Of a stretch of 64,000 nucleotides of DNA, positions 40,262 through 50,937 are shown piece by piece. Position numbers and translations under genes: made by a program. The stretch lies in contig NZ_QRAP01000005.1 of NCBI RefSeq assembly GCF_003363015.1, forward strand, positions 330,820 through 394,819, in the 5' to 3' direction. Position 1 is the stretch's first letter, and every line of letters begins with the position of its first letter. Source of the DNA: Enterobacillus tribolii (GTDB lineage Bacteria > Pseudomonadota > Gammaproteobacteria > Enterobacterales > Enterobacteriaceae). The notes beneath the pieces were generated by a model. The model was given only the letters and a program-made list of their open reading frames with translations, did no database searches and was not told where the DNA came from.

Positions 40262-41221
40262 TCAATCTTCGTTATAGTCAGGGACAATGTTACACCATTC
40301 ATCTCCATCGAAAGTCCAGACAGCAGAGGATGAAGCAATTAACATCATAGAATTACTGCTGTCCATCGAGCCTGATGGATGAATCACTTCCCCATTGCAA
40401 ATAAAAAAGTCTTTAATACTATTCCCATCCCAAATGAAAAAGTCTGCCTCCCCGATCCCCCAAAGCATATTATTAAACCAGCACAAATCATTAAGCTCAT
40501 CATGCAATTCAATAATATCTATTTTTTCCCAGGTATTCTTTTTTCCCCGCCAAATTGCGCTTCCAGATGCCACATAAACAAAACCATCACCAGCACACAC
40601 AACATTTTTCAATTTATCATTTGTTGGAAATCCACATTGCTGCCATGTTTGGCCATCAAACCACCAAATGTCTCCTTTCCCACCAACCGCATAGACTTCA
40701 CTTTCAGAAAATCCCGATATATCTTCAAATCCGTAATCAAAAATATCTTCTCTGTCACGGTCAATTTTAAAATGGATTCCATTTACCATTGGCCGCCAAT
40801 CATTAATTCCATACCGTTTTGATACTAATCGCTTTAAACCTACTGCCCAGGCGTATCCATCAATCATTTTGACTTTTCGGATGAGAGCACTGTCATTCCC
40901 GCCAACCAACTCCGGTTCCCAGGTTGTTTTCCCCCCACCGCTGGGTAAGGCAAACCCACCAATACTATCAACCATGAGGCCTTGTGATACAGGTTTTTGA
41001 GATGCGCCAAGCACACTGGAAAACGCCTCATCAAATTGTATCGATGAGTAACCCAGTTCATCATCCCCGGCGTCTTCAATAAGAGTTACTTGCCTCATAT
41101 CATCATCTGTACAGTTTTCAGCCTTAAGATAAATGATATCGCTTTCCCTAATGGCGCAGTCGGTAATAATGTAATTGTTCAGTATCTTTTTCCAATCTTT
41201 TTTTGCCAGCTTCTTTTTCAT
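40262..41221 (-). CDS. hypothetical protein with repeated W/F-x-F-D-G-x-x-W blade-like motifs (low-GC islet)
   Basis: ~319 aa from ATG 41221 (GGAG RBS). Repeats: DIWWFDGQTWQQ, AIWRGKKNTWEK, FFIWDGNSIKDF, AVWTFDGDEWCN. No signal peptide. AT-rich codon usage unlike the flanking genes. Confidence 0.5.
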   Translation of the reverse strand: MKKKLAKKDWKKILNNYIITDCAIRESDIIYLKAENCTDDDMRQVTLIEDAGDDELGYSSIQFDEAFSSVLGASQKPVSQGLMVDSIGGFALPSGGGKTTWEPELVGGNDSALIRKVKMIDGYAWAVGLKRLVSKRYGINDWRPMVNGIHFKIDRDREDIFDYGFEDISGFSESEVYAVGGKGDIWWFDGQTWQQCGFPTNDKLKNVVCAGDGFVYVASGSAIWRGKKNTWEKIDIIELHDELNDLCWFNNMLWGIGEADFFIWDGNSIKDFFICNGEVIHPSGSMDSSNSMMLIASSSAVWTFDGDEWCNIVPDYNED

Positions 41222-41450
41222 TTTATTCTCCGTATTTACTAGCAGTCCTGTCATCTGGAGCCTAACCCTGGTGATTTTTCTATCTGGGAACTAATTGCTC
41301 TGATCCTTTTAGCCCTCCCACCTCAAGATCTGTCAGTTTATCCTTATCTACCAACACCAGACTCTATTTCTATGCACCATTCACTGAATCACCCTGACTA
41401 ATAAATAAGAAACCGAGCATTAATCCGGCTTCTTATGATAAATCAAAAAG

Positions 41451-41738
41451 CTAACTGGAAGTCATCGACGCCAACCGTCCATTATTATCCTGTAAAATAA
41501 AACTGGTACCATAAACACGTACAGCAGGACTAACGTGATTCTTCAGCTTATTCTCTGACTCAAGGAATATGTCGAATGTATATCGTTTTCCAGCTTCAAA
41601 GTGATAGCCATAGGTAGGAATACATTTATCTGAGGACACAGGCACATTAATGCTAAACTTTTTTAAAATGTTCTCTTTATTGCCTACCTCCATAATGATG
41701 AGAGTAACCAGTTTTTCATCATCTTCTGGTTGAACCAA
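41451..41738 (-). CDS. hypothetical small protein / possible gene fragment (low-GC islet)
   Basis: 95-aa ORF initiating at TTG, with an internal ATG (MEVGNKEN...). No recognisable domain. Upstream frames are broken. Confidence 0.25.
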   Translation of the reverse strand: MVQPEDDEKLVTLIIMEVGNKENILKKFSINVPVSSDKCIPTYGYHFEAGKRYTFDIFLESENKLKNHVSPAVRVYGTSFILQDNNGRLASMTSS

Positions 41739-42042
41739 AACACAAACATCATTATTAACAGTAGTTACTTTGGCATCACAATCTTGTTGTAATCAATTGA
41801 GTTACCGTACACAGCCCGGGCCAGAACAATGACCATGGAAGCATTTTTCACCCCATAGATCAATTAGGCATTACTTAAATATAATTTATGAAATCAACAA
41901 CTTTTCGATATTCCCTTTGACGGCATATTTCTTTTCACTCACTGAGTTTTAAGCGTTTCGCCACCGCCCTTTCGGGCGGCAATCAATAAAGCAACAATGC
42001 ACTGAAAACGGAATCGAATGGCCCGTAGCCAGTACCTCCCAA

Positions 42043-43257
42043 CTACGCCGGCTTATGCGCAATCGCCCGGCACAGCACCAACGCCAGAACAATCCCCAAC
42101 GCGCCCCAGGCGCTGGTCAGCACCCATACCCATTGCCAGCCGTGGGTGTAGTCCACCACAAATGCCACAATAATCGGCCCCGCAAACTGGCCGAAGCTGA
42201 TCCAATGCTGCTGCCAGCCAATGGTGATGGGAATGGTGCGCGGCGACACGGAAACCTTTACCGCCAGGTTAAACAGCGTGGCCGGCGCCAAACCGCCCAC
42301 GGCGGAAAACAGGGTAATCGCCACGAACTGTACGCCGGACGACACGTTTAAGCCAAAAGCAATAAACGCGGTGACGATCATGGTGGAAAAAGCGACCATC
42401 AGCAGCGAACGTGCAGCGACCCCACGTTGCAGCAGCCGCCCGGCCATCAGGTTGCCGATGATGTTGACCCCCGCCGCCACCGCGGTAAAGGTTCCCATCA
42501 GCGGGCCGGAAATGCCGGCCTCATGGTAGATGATCGGTAAAAAGCTGATAATCGCCACCCATTGGCCGGTATACAGGGAAAAGCAGATCGCCACCAGCCA
42601 CGGCTCTTTCACCGCCAGCGTCTCTTTAATCGACTGCCACGCTTCGCCGCTCACCGGCCGCGTCGCCGCCGGATGTTCCGTATCCGTCACCGAGCGCCAC
42701 ACCAGCAGCGCCATCAGCAGGGAGATCAGCCCCGTACCGACCCACAGCGATACCCAGCTAAAGACATTCAGCATCGCCGCCCCCACGAACAGGGCGATAA
42801 CGGTCGCCGTGGGGATATACGCACTCCACAGCGCCACGAAGAAGTTAAGCCTCTCCTTCGGCGCGACCTGACGCATCAGGCTGGGCGCGGCCATCGAGAC
42901 CATCAGCAGAGCAAAACCTTCGATAATGCGAAACAGCAGCAGCGCTATGACGCTTTGGGAAAACGCACCGGCAAAGGAAGCCAGGGACAGGATAATCAGG
43001 CCGAACAGGATACTGCGCTTCTGCCCGATACGCTGAACGAACAGGCCGAACGCCAGCCCCATCAGCATTCCGGCAACCTGAAACACCGAGATAAGCCAGC
43101 CAGCCTGAGACAGCGTCAGCCCCAGGGTTTCCTGCAATACCGGCAGCGCCGGGGGAAGTTTCCAGATGTGCAACGCGGCGCTGACGCCAGCACCAAAAAC
43201 CAACATCGCCTGACGGGCGGAGGGTTTGCACTCTCTTTCCGATGAGATCGCGGACAT
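42043..43257 (-). CDS. MFS transporter (CynX/NimT-like)
   Basis: 404 aa, 12 predicted TM segments, typical MFS loop motifs. Confidence 0.75.
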   Translation of the reverse strand: MSAISSERECKPSARQAMLVFGAGVSAALHIWKLPPALPVLQETLGLTLSQAGWLISVFQVAGMLMGLAFGLFVQRIGQKRSILFGLIILSLASFAGAFSQSVIALLLFRIIEGFALLMVSMAAPSLMRQVAPKERLNFFVALWSAYIPTATVIALFVGAAMLNVFSWVSLWVGTGLISLLMALLVWRSVTDTEHPAATRPVSGEAWQSIKETLAVKEPWLVAICFSLYTGQWVAIISFLPIIYHEAGISGPLMGTFTAVAAGVNIIGNLMAGRLLQRGVAARSLLMVAFSTMIVTAFIAFGLNVSSGVQFVAITLFSAVGGLAPATLFNLAVKVSVSPRTIPITIGWQQHWISFGQFAGPIIVAFVVDYTHGWQWVWVLTSAWGALGIVLALVLCRAIAHKPA

Positions 43258-43689
43258 AATGCTCCTGATTGTACCTGGGTAATTGTTTTTTCACTAAATG
43301 ATAACTAATGAAACTGTTAACCCAATATCCTATTCTGAATGTGGCTTTTTGTTAACAACATATTATCCATTTTGCTACATTGTTGGCACTTTACGCCATC
43401 AGGCAAAATTTTGATTTTTCTCACCTTCGCATCATTAACCATGATGTTAGTATGAGAAATATTCCTTATATTTTTAGGATTTACCCAATACGCGCCAGAA
43501 CGACCGATTCACATAACAAGGAGTTTCCCTTATGCGAATATCCGTTCCTGAAGCCGGAAGCTTTTTCCCCAGACCCACTTTTTTCTTTTTGTTCAGTATG
43601 TTGTCGCATCATTCTGCCGCGCTGACCAGGCCGTTGCGCCCGTGCGTTATGCGTTGCTTTCCGCTTAACGTTGATTAAAGGAGTGATTC

Positions 43690-44763
43690 ATGGCTGCACA
43701 AAACCGTAAACGTCTTCTTCTCATGCTGGTGCTGGCTGCCGTGATCGTCATTGCCATCCTGTCCTGGTGGAGCATGCGTACGCCCGGCCTGCCGGAAGGG
43801 TTCGCCCGCAGTAACGGACGCATTGAGGCCACCGAAATCGATATTTCCACCAAATATGCCGGGCGCATCGACGCCATTCTGGTGCGCGAGGGCGCCTTCG
43901 TGAAGCAGGGAGAAGTGCTGGCGCGTATGGATACGCGGGTACTGAACGAGCAGCGCAATGAAGCGCTGGCGCAAATCAGCGAAGCCCAAAGTATGGTGGC
44001 GACCGCCCGTTCGCTGCTGGCCCAGCGGGAAAGCGAGAAGCTGGCGGCCAACGCCATCGTGAAGCAGCGGGAAGCGGAGCTGAATTCGGCCAGTAAACGC
44101 CTCGCCCGCTCGCAGGCGCTGTCACGCCGCGGCGCCGCCTCTGAGCAGCAGCTGGACGATGACCTGGCCGCAGCGCAAAGCGCCCGTGCGGCGCTGGAGT
44201 CGGCGCGGGCGCAGGTCGCCGCCTCGCAGGCCGCCATTGAGTCCGCCAGAGCAGGCATCATCCAGGCCACCACCCGGGTAGAAGCCGCGCAGGCTACCGA
44301 GCGTCGCCTTCAGGCCGATATCGACGACAGCGATCTTAAAGCGCCGCGCAACGGCCGTATCCAGTACCGCATTGCGGAGCCGGGCGAAGTGCTGGGCGCT
44401 GGCGGCCGCGTGCTGAATATGGTGGATCTCAGCGACGTGTACATGACGTTTTTCCTGCCGACCGCCGATGCCGGTAAGGTCGCGCTCGACAGCGACGTCC
44501 ACATCATCCTGGATGCAGCGCCCGATCTGGTGATCCCGGCCAAAACCAGCTACGTCGCCAGCGTCGCCCAGTTCACGCCGAAAACCGTGGAGACTGACAA
44601 TGAGCGGCTGAAGCTGATGTTCCGCGTCCGGGCGCGCATTCCCCCCGAACTGCTGGAAAAGCATCTGGAATATGTAAAAACCGGCCTGCCCGGCATGGCT
44701 TATGTGCGGATCGACGCCCAGAAATCCTGGCCTGATAACCTGCAAGTGAGGATACCGCAATGA
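43690..44763 (+). CDS. yhiI: HlyD-family membrane fusion protein YhiI
   Basis: 357 aa with an N-terminal TM, coiled-coil and barrel-sandwich regions. The stop overlaps the rbbA start (ATGA), as in the E. coli yhiI-rbbA-yhhJ operon. Confidence 0.8.
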   Translation: MAAQNRKRLLLMLVLAAVIVIAILSWWSMRTPGLPEGFARSNGRIEATEIDISTKYAGRIDAILVREGAFVKQGEVLARMDTRVLNEQRNEALAQISEAQSMVATARSLLAQRESEKLAANAIVKQREAELNSASKRLARSQALSRRGAASEQQLDDDLAAAQSARAALESARAQVAASQAAIESARAGIIQATTRVEAAQATERRLQADIDDSDLKAPRNGRIQYRIAEPGEVLGAGGRVLNMVDLSDVYMTFFLPTADAGKVALDSDVHIILDAAPDLVIPAKTSYVASVAQFTPKTVETDNERLKLMFRVRARIPPELLEKHLEYVKTGLPGMAYVRIDAQKSWPDNLQVRIPQ

Positions 44764-47501
44764 CACACGCCCCGATCGTCCGCCTCCGGCAGGTCAGCCA
44801 GCAGTACGGACAAACGCGGGCGCTGCAGGAAATCACGCTGGATATTCCGGCACGCCAGATGATCGGGCTGATCGGCCCGGACGGCGTGGGAAAATCCAGC
44901 CTGCTGTCATTGATCGCCGGCGCGCGCAAAATCCAGAGTGGCGAAGTGTGGGTGCTGGACGGCAACATGGACGACGCCGCGCACCGGCGCGACGTGTGCC
45001 CGCGCATCGCCTACATGCCGCAGGGGTTGGGCAAAAACCTTTACCACACGCTGTCGGTCTTCGAGAACGTTGATTTCTTCGGCCGTCTGTTCGGCCATAA
45101 CAAAGCCGAGCGGGAGGCGCGCATCGACGATCTGCTGCACAGCACCGGGCTGGCGCCGTTTCGCGATCGCCCGGCGGGCAAGCTTTCCGGCGGGATGAAG
45201 CAAAAGCTGGGCCTGTGCTGCGCGTTGATCCACGATCCCGAACTGCTGATCCTGGATGAGCCGACCACCGGGGTTGATCCCCTGTCGCGCGCCCAGTTCT
45301 GGGATCTGATCGACCGCATCCGCGAACGGCAAACCAACATGAGCGTGCTGGTCGCCACCGCCTATATGGAAGAAGCGGAGCGCTTCGACTGGCTGGTGGC
45401 GATGGACGCCGGCAACGTGCTGTCTACCGGCAGCGCCGCCGAACTGCGCGGGCAAACTCACTGCGATACGCTTGAGGAAGCGTTTATCGCCCTGCTGCCG
45501 GAAGAGAAGCGCAGCGGCCATCAGGCGGTGGTGATCCCGCCGCGTGACGCCAGCGACGATGAAACCATCGCCATTGAAGCGCAGGATCTCACTATGCGCT
45601 TTGGTGACTTCGTCGCGGTCGATCACGTTAACTTCCGTATTCCGCGCGGTGAAATCTTCGGCTTTCTCGGCTCTAACGGCTGCGGTAAGTCCACCACCAT
45701 GAAAATGCTCACCGGCCTGTTGCCGGCCAGCGAGGGCAAAGCCTGGCTGTTCGGTCAGGAGGTCGATCCGCGCGATATCGAAACCCGCCGCCGTGTGGGC
45801 TATATGTCGCAGGCATTCTCCCTGTACAGCGAACTGAGCGTGCGGCAAAACCTTGAGCTTCACGCCCGGCTGTTTCACCTGCCGGAGGAGCAGATTCCGG
45901 CGCGCGTGCAGGAAATGAGCGAGCGCTTCATGCTTACCGGGGTGGAAGACGCCATGCCGGAAGCGCTTCCGCTGGGCATCCGCCAGCGTCTGTCGCTGGC
46001 CGTGGCGGTGATTCACCGCCCGGAAATGCTGATTCTCGATGAGCCGACCTCCGGCGTCGATCCCATCGCCCGCGACATGTTCTGGAGCATGATGGTGGAT
46101 CTGTCGCGCCGCGACGGCGTTACCATCTTCATCTCCACCCACTTTATGAACGAGGCCGAGCGCTGCGACCGCATTTCGCTGATGCACGCCGGTAAAGTGC
46201 TCGCCAGCGACACCCCGCACGCGCTGGTAGAGCAAAGCGGCCTGGCGACGCTGGAAGAGGCGTTTATTGCCGCGCTGCGCCAGGCGTCCGGCGACGCGGG
46301 CAACGCGCCGCCGGAACCGCCCGTTATCGCAGAAAACACGCATACGCCGGAGCGGGAACATGCCGGACGCAGGGGCTTCAGCCTGGCGCGCATGTTCAGC
46401 TACAGCCTGCGTGAGTCCCTGGAGCTGCAACGCGATCCGGTGCGTTCCACGCTGGCGTTGCTGGGGACGGTGATCCTGATGTTCATCATGGGCTATGGCA
46501 TCAGTATGGACGTGGAAAACCTGCGCTTTGCGGTGATGGATCGCGATCAAACCGGTACCAGTCAGGCCTATACGCTGAACCTTGCCGGATCGCGCTACTT
46601 TATTGAACAGCCGCCGCTCGCCGATTACAACGAAATGGAACAGCGGCTGCGCAACGGCGAGCTGGCGGTAGCGATCGAGATCCCGCCGAACTTCGCGCGC
46701 GATCTGGCGCGCGGGCATACGGTGAAGATCGGCGTCTGGGTAGACGGCGCCATGCCCAACCGCGCCGAGACGGTACGCGGCTACGTGCAGGCCATGCACA
46801 TGACCTGGCTGACGGAGATGGCGACCCGCCAGACCGGCAGCGTGGCAAACGGCGCGCTGCTCGACATCGAAACCCGCTACCGCTATAACCCGGACGTCAA
46901 AAGCCTGCCCGCCATCGTACCGGCGGTGATCCCGCTGTTGCTGATGATGATCCCGGCGATGCTCAGCGCGCTCAGCGTCGTGCGCGAAAAAGAGCTGGGT
47001 TCCATCATCAATCTGTACGTTACGCCGATCACCCGGGCGGAGTTTATCATCGGCAAACAGCTCCCTTACGTGGTGCTGGGCATGTTTAACTTCTTCCTGC
47101 TGTGCGCCCTGTCGGTGTTCATCTTCGGCGTGGATCATAAAGGCAGCTTCCTGACCCTGACGCTGGCGGCGCTGCTCTACATCACCACCGCGACCGGTAT
47201 GGGGCTGTTGATCTCAACGTTCATGCGCAGCCAGATCGCCGCGATTTTCGGCACCGCGATCATCACCCTGATCCCCGCCGGGCAGTTTTCCGGCATGATC
47301 AATCCGGTATCGTCGCTGGAGGGCATGGGCCGCTGGATCGGCAATATCTACCCGACTACCCACTTCCTGACCATCACCCGCGGAACGTTCTCCAAAGCGC
47401 TGACGCTGGTCGATCTGTACGCTTCGTTTATTCCGTTACTGATCGCCGTGCCGGTGATCGTCGGGCTGAGCGTCATACTGCTGAAGAAACAGGAGGCCTG
47501 A
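44760..47501 (+). CDS. rbbA: ribosome-associated ATPase RbbA (tandem ABC ATPase domains fused to an ABC-2 permease)
   Basis: 913 aa with two Walker A (GPDGVGKSS; GSNGCGKST), two LSGG signatures and a C-terminal 6-TM ABC-2 domain. Confidence 0.85.
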   Translation: MTHAPIVRLRQVSQQYGQTRALQEITLDIPARQMIGLIGPDGVGKSSLLSLIAGARKIQSGEVWVLDGNMDDAAHRRDVCPRIAYMPQGLGKNLYHTLSVFENVDFFGRLFGHNKAEREARIDDLLHSTGLAPFRDRPAGKLSGGMKQKLGLCCALIHDPELLILDEPTTGVDPLSRAQFWDLIDRIRERQTNMSVLVATAYMEEAERFDWLVAMDAGNVLSTGSAAELRGQTHCDTLEEAFIALLPEEKRSGHQAVVIPPRDASDDETIAIEAQDLTMRFGDFVAVDHVNFRIPRGEIFGFLGSNGCGKSTTMKMLTGLLPASEGKAWLFGQEVDPRDIETRRRVGYMSQAFSLYSELSVRQNLELHARLFHLPEEQIPARVQEMSERFMLTGVEDAMPEALPLGIRQRLSLAVAVIHRPEMLILDEPTSGVDPIARDMFWSMMVDLSRRDGVTIFISTHFMNEAERCDRISLMHAGKVLASDTPHALVEQSGLATLEEAFIAALRQASGDAGNAPPEPPVIAENTHTPEREHAGRRGFSLARMFSYSLRESLELQRDPVRSTLALLGTVILMFIMGYGISMDVENLRFAVMDRDQTGTSQAYTLNLAGSRYFIEQPPLADYNEMEQRLRNGELAVAIEIPPNFARDLARGHTVKIGVWVDGAMPNRAETVRGYVQAMHMTWLTEMATRQTGSVANGALLDIETRYRYNPDVKSLPAIVPAVIPLLLMMIPAMLSALSVVREKELGSIINLYVTPITRAEFIIGKQLPYVVLGMFNFFLLCALSVFIFGVDHKGSFLTLTLAALLYITTATGMGLLISTFMRSQIAAIFGTAIITLIPAGQFSGMINPVSSLEGMGRWIGNIYPTTHFLTITRGTFSKALTLVDLYASFIPLLIAVPVIVGLSVILLKKQEA

Positions 47502-48625
47502 TGCGTAAGCTGGGAAATATTTTCAATCTGGGCATCAAAGAACTGCGCAGCCTGTTGGGCGATAAGGCGATGCTGGCGCTGATCGCGTTTTCGTTTACCC
47601 TCTCGGTTTACTCCACGGCGACCGGCGTGCCGGGATCGCTGCACATGGCGCCCATCGCCATCGCCGATCAGGATCAATCCCAGCTTTCCACGCGCATCGT
47701 CAACAGCTTCTACGCGCCCTACTTCATTACGCCGGCGATGATCGATGCAAATCAGATCGATCCCCTGCTCGACGAAGGAAGCTACACCTTTGCGCTGAAT
47801 ATTCCGCCCAACTTCCAGCGCGACGTGCTGGCAGGGCGTCAGCCGGCAATCCAGCTTAACGTGGACGCGACCCGCATGAGCCAGGCTTTCCTCGGCAACA
47901 GCTATATCCAGAACATCATTACCGGAGAGGCCAGCGAATTCGCATCGCGCTTTCGCGCTAACACTGAGCTGCCGGTCGATCTGGAAATCCGCACCCGTTT
48001 TAACCCTAACCTGACGCAGTCATGGTTCGGCGGCGTGATGTCGATTATCGACAACATCACCATGCTGGCGATCATCCTGACCGGCTCGGCGTTAATCCGC
48101 GAGCGGGAGCACGGCACCATTGAGCATTTGCTGGTCATGCCGATTACGCCGTTTGAGATCATGGTGGCGAAGGTGTGGTCGATGGGGCTGGTGGTGCTGG
48201 TGGCTTCCGGGCTGTCGCTGGTGTTCGTCGTTCAGGGGCTGTTGCAGGTGCCGATTGAAGGCTCCGTGCCGCTCTTTATGATGGGCGTGGCGCTGAGCCT
48301 GTTCGCCACCACTTCCATCGGCATTTTTATGGGAACGATCGCCCGCTCAATGCCGCAGTTGGGGCTGCTGACGATCCTGGTGCTGCTGCCGCTGCAAATG
48401 CTGTCCGGCGGCAGTACGCCGCGCGAAAGCATGCCGGAGCTGGTGCAGGATCTGATGCTGACGATGCCGACAACCCATTTCGTCAGCCTGGCGCAGGCGA
48501 TACTTTACCGCGGGGCGGATTTCAGTATCGTCTGGCCACAGTTCGTATATTTGCTGGTGATTGGCGGCAGCTTCTTTTTGATCGCACTGAGCCGGTTCAG
48601 GAAGACCATCGGGACGATGGCGTAG
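47501..48625 (+). CDS. yhhJ: ABC-2 family permease YhhJ
   Basis: 374 aa. The start overlaps the rbbA stop. ABC-2 type membrane domain. Confidence 0.85.
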   Translation: MRKLGNIFNLGIKELRSLLGDKAMLALIAFSFTLSVYSTATGVPGSLHMAPIAIADQDQSQLSTRIVNSFYAPYFITPAMIDANQIDPLLDEGSYTFALNIPPNFQRDVLAGRQPAIQLNVDATRMSQAFLGNSYIQNIITGEASEFASRFRANTELPVDLEIRTRFNPNLTQSWFGGVMSIIDNITMLAIILTGSALIREREHGTIEHLLVMPITPFEIMVAKVWSMGLVVLVASGLSLVFVVQGLLQVPIEGSVPLFMMGVALSLFATTSIGIFMGTIARSMPQLGLLTILVLLPLQMLSGGSTPRESMPELVQDLMLTMPTTHFVSLAQAILYRGADFSIVWPQFVYLLVIGGSFFLIALSRFRKTIGTMA

Positions 48626-48627
48626 GG

Positions 48628-49191
48628 CTACTCTTCCGTCAGTTCGTCGTACAGGCCACGCAGGCGGGTGCGCAGGTAGAGCACGGCTTTGTGCTTACGT
48701 GACAGCAGCGCCTGCACGCTGGCGCCGGATTCTTCCGCCAGCGCCTTAAAGCTGTAGCCATGCAGCTCGGTCTTTTCGAAAACGTCACGCTGCGCCGCCG
48801 GCAGCTCCGCCAGCGCTTCGTCCAGCTCTTCCCAGATCAGCGCGCTCAGGTACTCTTCCTCCGGCGTTTGCGGCACGCCAAACAGGGTTTCAGCCAGCTC
48901 GTTTTCCGGCGCATCTTCTTCGTCGCCATCTTCGTCATAATAGACGGGCAGCGGCAGCTCGCGCTTTTTCCGCGCCCGATCGGTGATCTCATTGCGCGCG
49001 GCGCGGAACAGCCAGGCGGCGACGTTCTCCACCGGCTGTTCAATCTTCATGAGTTGATAGGTGACTTCCTGCAGGATATCGTCCGCATCATCACGCACCG
49101 CCGTGCGGCCACGGATAAAGGCTTTCAGCCGCGACCGGCAGGCGTTAAGGGCGGACATCACCAGGGAATCGCCTTCCTTACCGACCTTCAT
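48628..49191 (-). CDS. ECF-family RNA polymerase sigma factor
   Basis: Sigma-70 region 2 (DADDILQEVTYQLMK) and region 4 HTH (FKALAEESGASVQALLSRKHKAVLYLR). The ATG at 49191 lies 6 nt after the stop of the upstream His-rich gene. Confidence 0.7.
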   Translation of the reverse strand: MKVGKEGDSLVMSALNACRSRLKAFIRGRTAVRDDADDILQEVTYQLMKIEQPVENVAAWLFRAARNEITDRARKKRELPLPVYYDEDGDEEDAPENELAETLFGVPQTPEEEYLSALIWEELDEALAELPAAQRDVFEKTELHGYSFKALAEESGASVQALLSRKHKAVLYLRTRLRGLYDELTEE

Positions 49192-49196
49192 TACGC

Positions 49197-49688
49197 TCAC
49201 TCTGCTTCCGGCGTTTTCTGTTCGCCGTTTTCCGGCTGACGGCAGCATTCCCGTTCATTCCGCGGGCCGCGACGACCGTCGTGCTCAGGGCGCCCGCAAT
49301 GGCCATGATGACCGTGATGACCGTGATGACCGTGCCGTCCGAATCCGTCGCGCCGCTGGCGGATAAATTCTTCGCGCTCTTCCGGCGTCATGTTCATCCA
49401 GCGCGCATGCATCCGCCGGCGGTCACGCGCCATGCCGAACATGCCCGGACGCATTCCCAGCCCGCCGAACAGAATGCGGCACAGGATCAGCAAACCCAAC
49501 GCCTGCCAGAAACCAATGCTGCTCACGCCGAACAAGGCGGGCAACAACGCATTCCACAGCGACATGACCAACAGGCCCAGCACGACAAACAACACCGCGC
49601 CGATCGCCAGCGGTTTAACCATCGGATGACCGCCGAAGCCATCGTGACCGCGGCCATGACCATGACCGCGCATACCAAATTCTCTCAT
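49197..49688 (-). CDS. His-rich two-TM membrane protein (candidate metal-sensing anti-sigma/regulatory partner of the ECF sigma)
   Basis: ~163 aa from ATG 49688 (AGGAGAG RBS). N-terminal GHGHGRGHDGFGGH, two hydrophobic helices, and a C-terminal GHHGHHGHHGHCG plus CC pair. Translationally coupled to the ECF sigma. Confidence 0.5.
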   Translation of the reverse strand: MREFGMRGHGHGRGHDGFGGHPMVKPLAIGAVLFVVLGLLVMSLWNALLPALFGVSSIGFWQALGLLILCRILFGGLGMRPGMFGMARDRRRMHARWMNMTPEEREEFIRQRRDGFGRHGHHGHHGHHGHCGRPEHDGRRGPRNERECCRQPENGEQKTPEAE

Positions 49689-49927
49689 TTTTTCTCTCCT
49701 CATAGCATAAGCTGATTACGCTTTCTGATGAGGTAGACGAATGAGCGACGGAAATATTGCCGGAAAAATAGAAAATTTTTAGTCGCCGGGGAAATTACGT
49801 CAGGAAACGTGCTCCGCCACTGATATTACGGACGGGGGGAAGCGCGATTAAAAAGCAGGGAGTAATGATAACACGCATGAAAAAGATGGGCGAAATACCC
49901 TCATTCCGCCCACCTCAATAAACCACC

Positions 49928-50662
49928 TTACGCCGTCAACCCGCCATCCAGCACCAGCGTTTGCCCGGTCATATACCGGCTGTCATCGCCGATCAGAAAC
50001 GCCGTTGCGCGCGCCACTTCCAGCGGGGTGCCGAGCCGTTTCAGCGGAACCTGTTTGCGCATCGCCTCCAGCTTGGCTGGCGGCATGGCTTCGGTCATCT
50101 CACTTTCGATGATGCCCGGCGCCAGGCAGTTAACGCGCAGGCCGAAACGGCCCAGCTCCGGCGCCAGCGAACGGCACAGGCCGATCATCGCCGCCTTGGT
50201 CGCGCCGTATGCAGTCTGCCCGATGTTACCCTTGATGCCGGTGACCGAAGACATCAGCACCAGCGCGCCGTCGCCGTTCATGATCATCGCCGGCAGCAGG
50301 TGCCGGTTCCAGTAAAACACCGCGTTCAGGTTGGTATTGATAACCTGTTGCCAGGTTTCCGCCGTTTGGTGGATGTGCAGGCCGTCCTGCGTAATGCCGG
50401 CGTTGTGGATCACGGCATGCGGCGCGCCGTGTTTTTCCAGCAGTTGCTGCGCCAACACATTAACCTGCTCTTCATTGCTGCCGTCGCACGGGTAAGCCTC
50501 TACCCATCCCGGCAGGCCGGCACAGGCGTCAACGACCGCCTGGCTGGCTTCACCGGTGTTACGGCAGGTGAACACCACGTTCCAGTCACGCGCCAGCTCT
50601 TCCACCAGCGCGCGACCGATCCCCCGGCTACCGCCGGTAATCAGCAGCCATTTTCTGTTCAT
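49928..50662 (-). CDS. SDR-family 3-oxoacyl-ACP reductase (FabG-like)
   Basis: ~245 aa from MNRKWLLITGGSRGIGRAL (TGxxxGIG Rossmann motif). Catalytic Y..K (YGATKAA) and S (SSVTG). Confidence 0.75.
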   Translation of the reverse strand: MNRKWLLITGGSRGIGRALVEELARDWNVVFTCRNTGEASQAVVDACAGLPGWVEAYPCDGSNEEQVNVLAQQLLEKHGAPHAVIHNAGITQDGLHIHQTAETWQQVINTNLNAVFYWNRHLLPAMIMNGDGALVLMSSVTGIKGNIGQTAYGATKAAMIGLCRSLAPELGRFGLRVNCLAPGIIESEMTEAMPPAKLEAMRKQVPLKRLGTPLEVARATAFLIGDDSRYMTGQTLVLDGGLTA

Positions 50663-50919
50663 GGCGCTGACTTCTGCTGTTGATCCGCCAGATGCTGGCA
50701 CAGTTCGCCCAGCGTCATTTCCGGGTTCTTGGTAAACATTTCCGCGTCGATGGTGACGCTGAACTCACGCTTGGCCAATACCATCAGTTCAACGTAGTCC
50801 AGGCTGTCGAGCTTCAGCTGGTGGAGAGGCATTTCTGCAGAAAGCTCATCCATCTCCATATCTTTAGCATCGCAGATCATTTCGCAGACTTTTTCATATA
50901 CGGTTTCATACTGGCTCAT
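50659..50919 (-). CDS. acyl carrier protein
   Basis: 86 aa with a phosphopantetheine attachment site (LKLDSLDYVEL, DSL motif). Confidence 0.75.
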   Translation of the reverse strand: MSQYETVYEKVCEMICDAKDMEMDELSAEMPLHQLKLDSLDYVELMVLAKREFSVTIDAEMFTKNPEMTLGELCQHLADQQQKSAP

Positions 50920-50937
50920 AGATAGTTCCCTTACTCA

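Noticed and set aside
44907-47138. 743-aa minus-strand ORF
   Set aside because: Antisense to rbbA, whose Walker/ABC motifs fix the real coding strand. Composition is dominated by Arg/Ala/Gln runs.
49961-50683. 240-aa plus-strand ORF
   Set aside because: Antisense to the SDR reductase and ACP genes.
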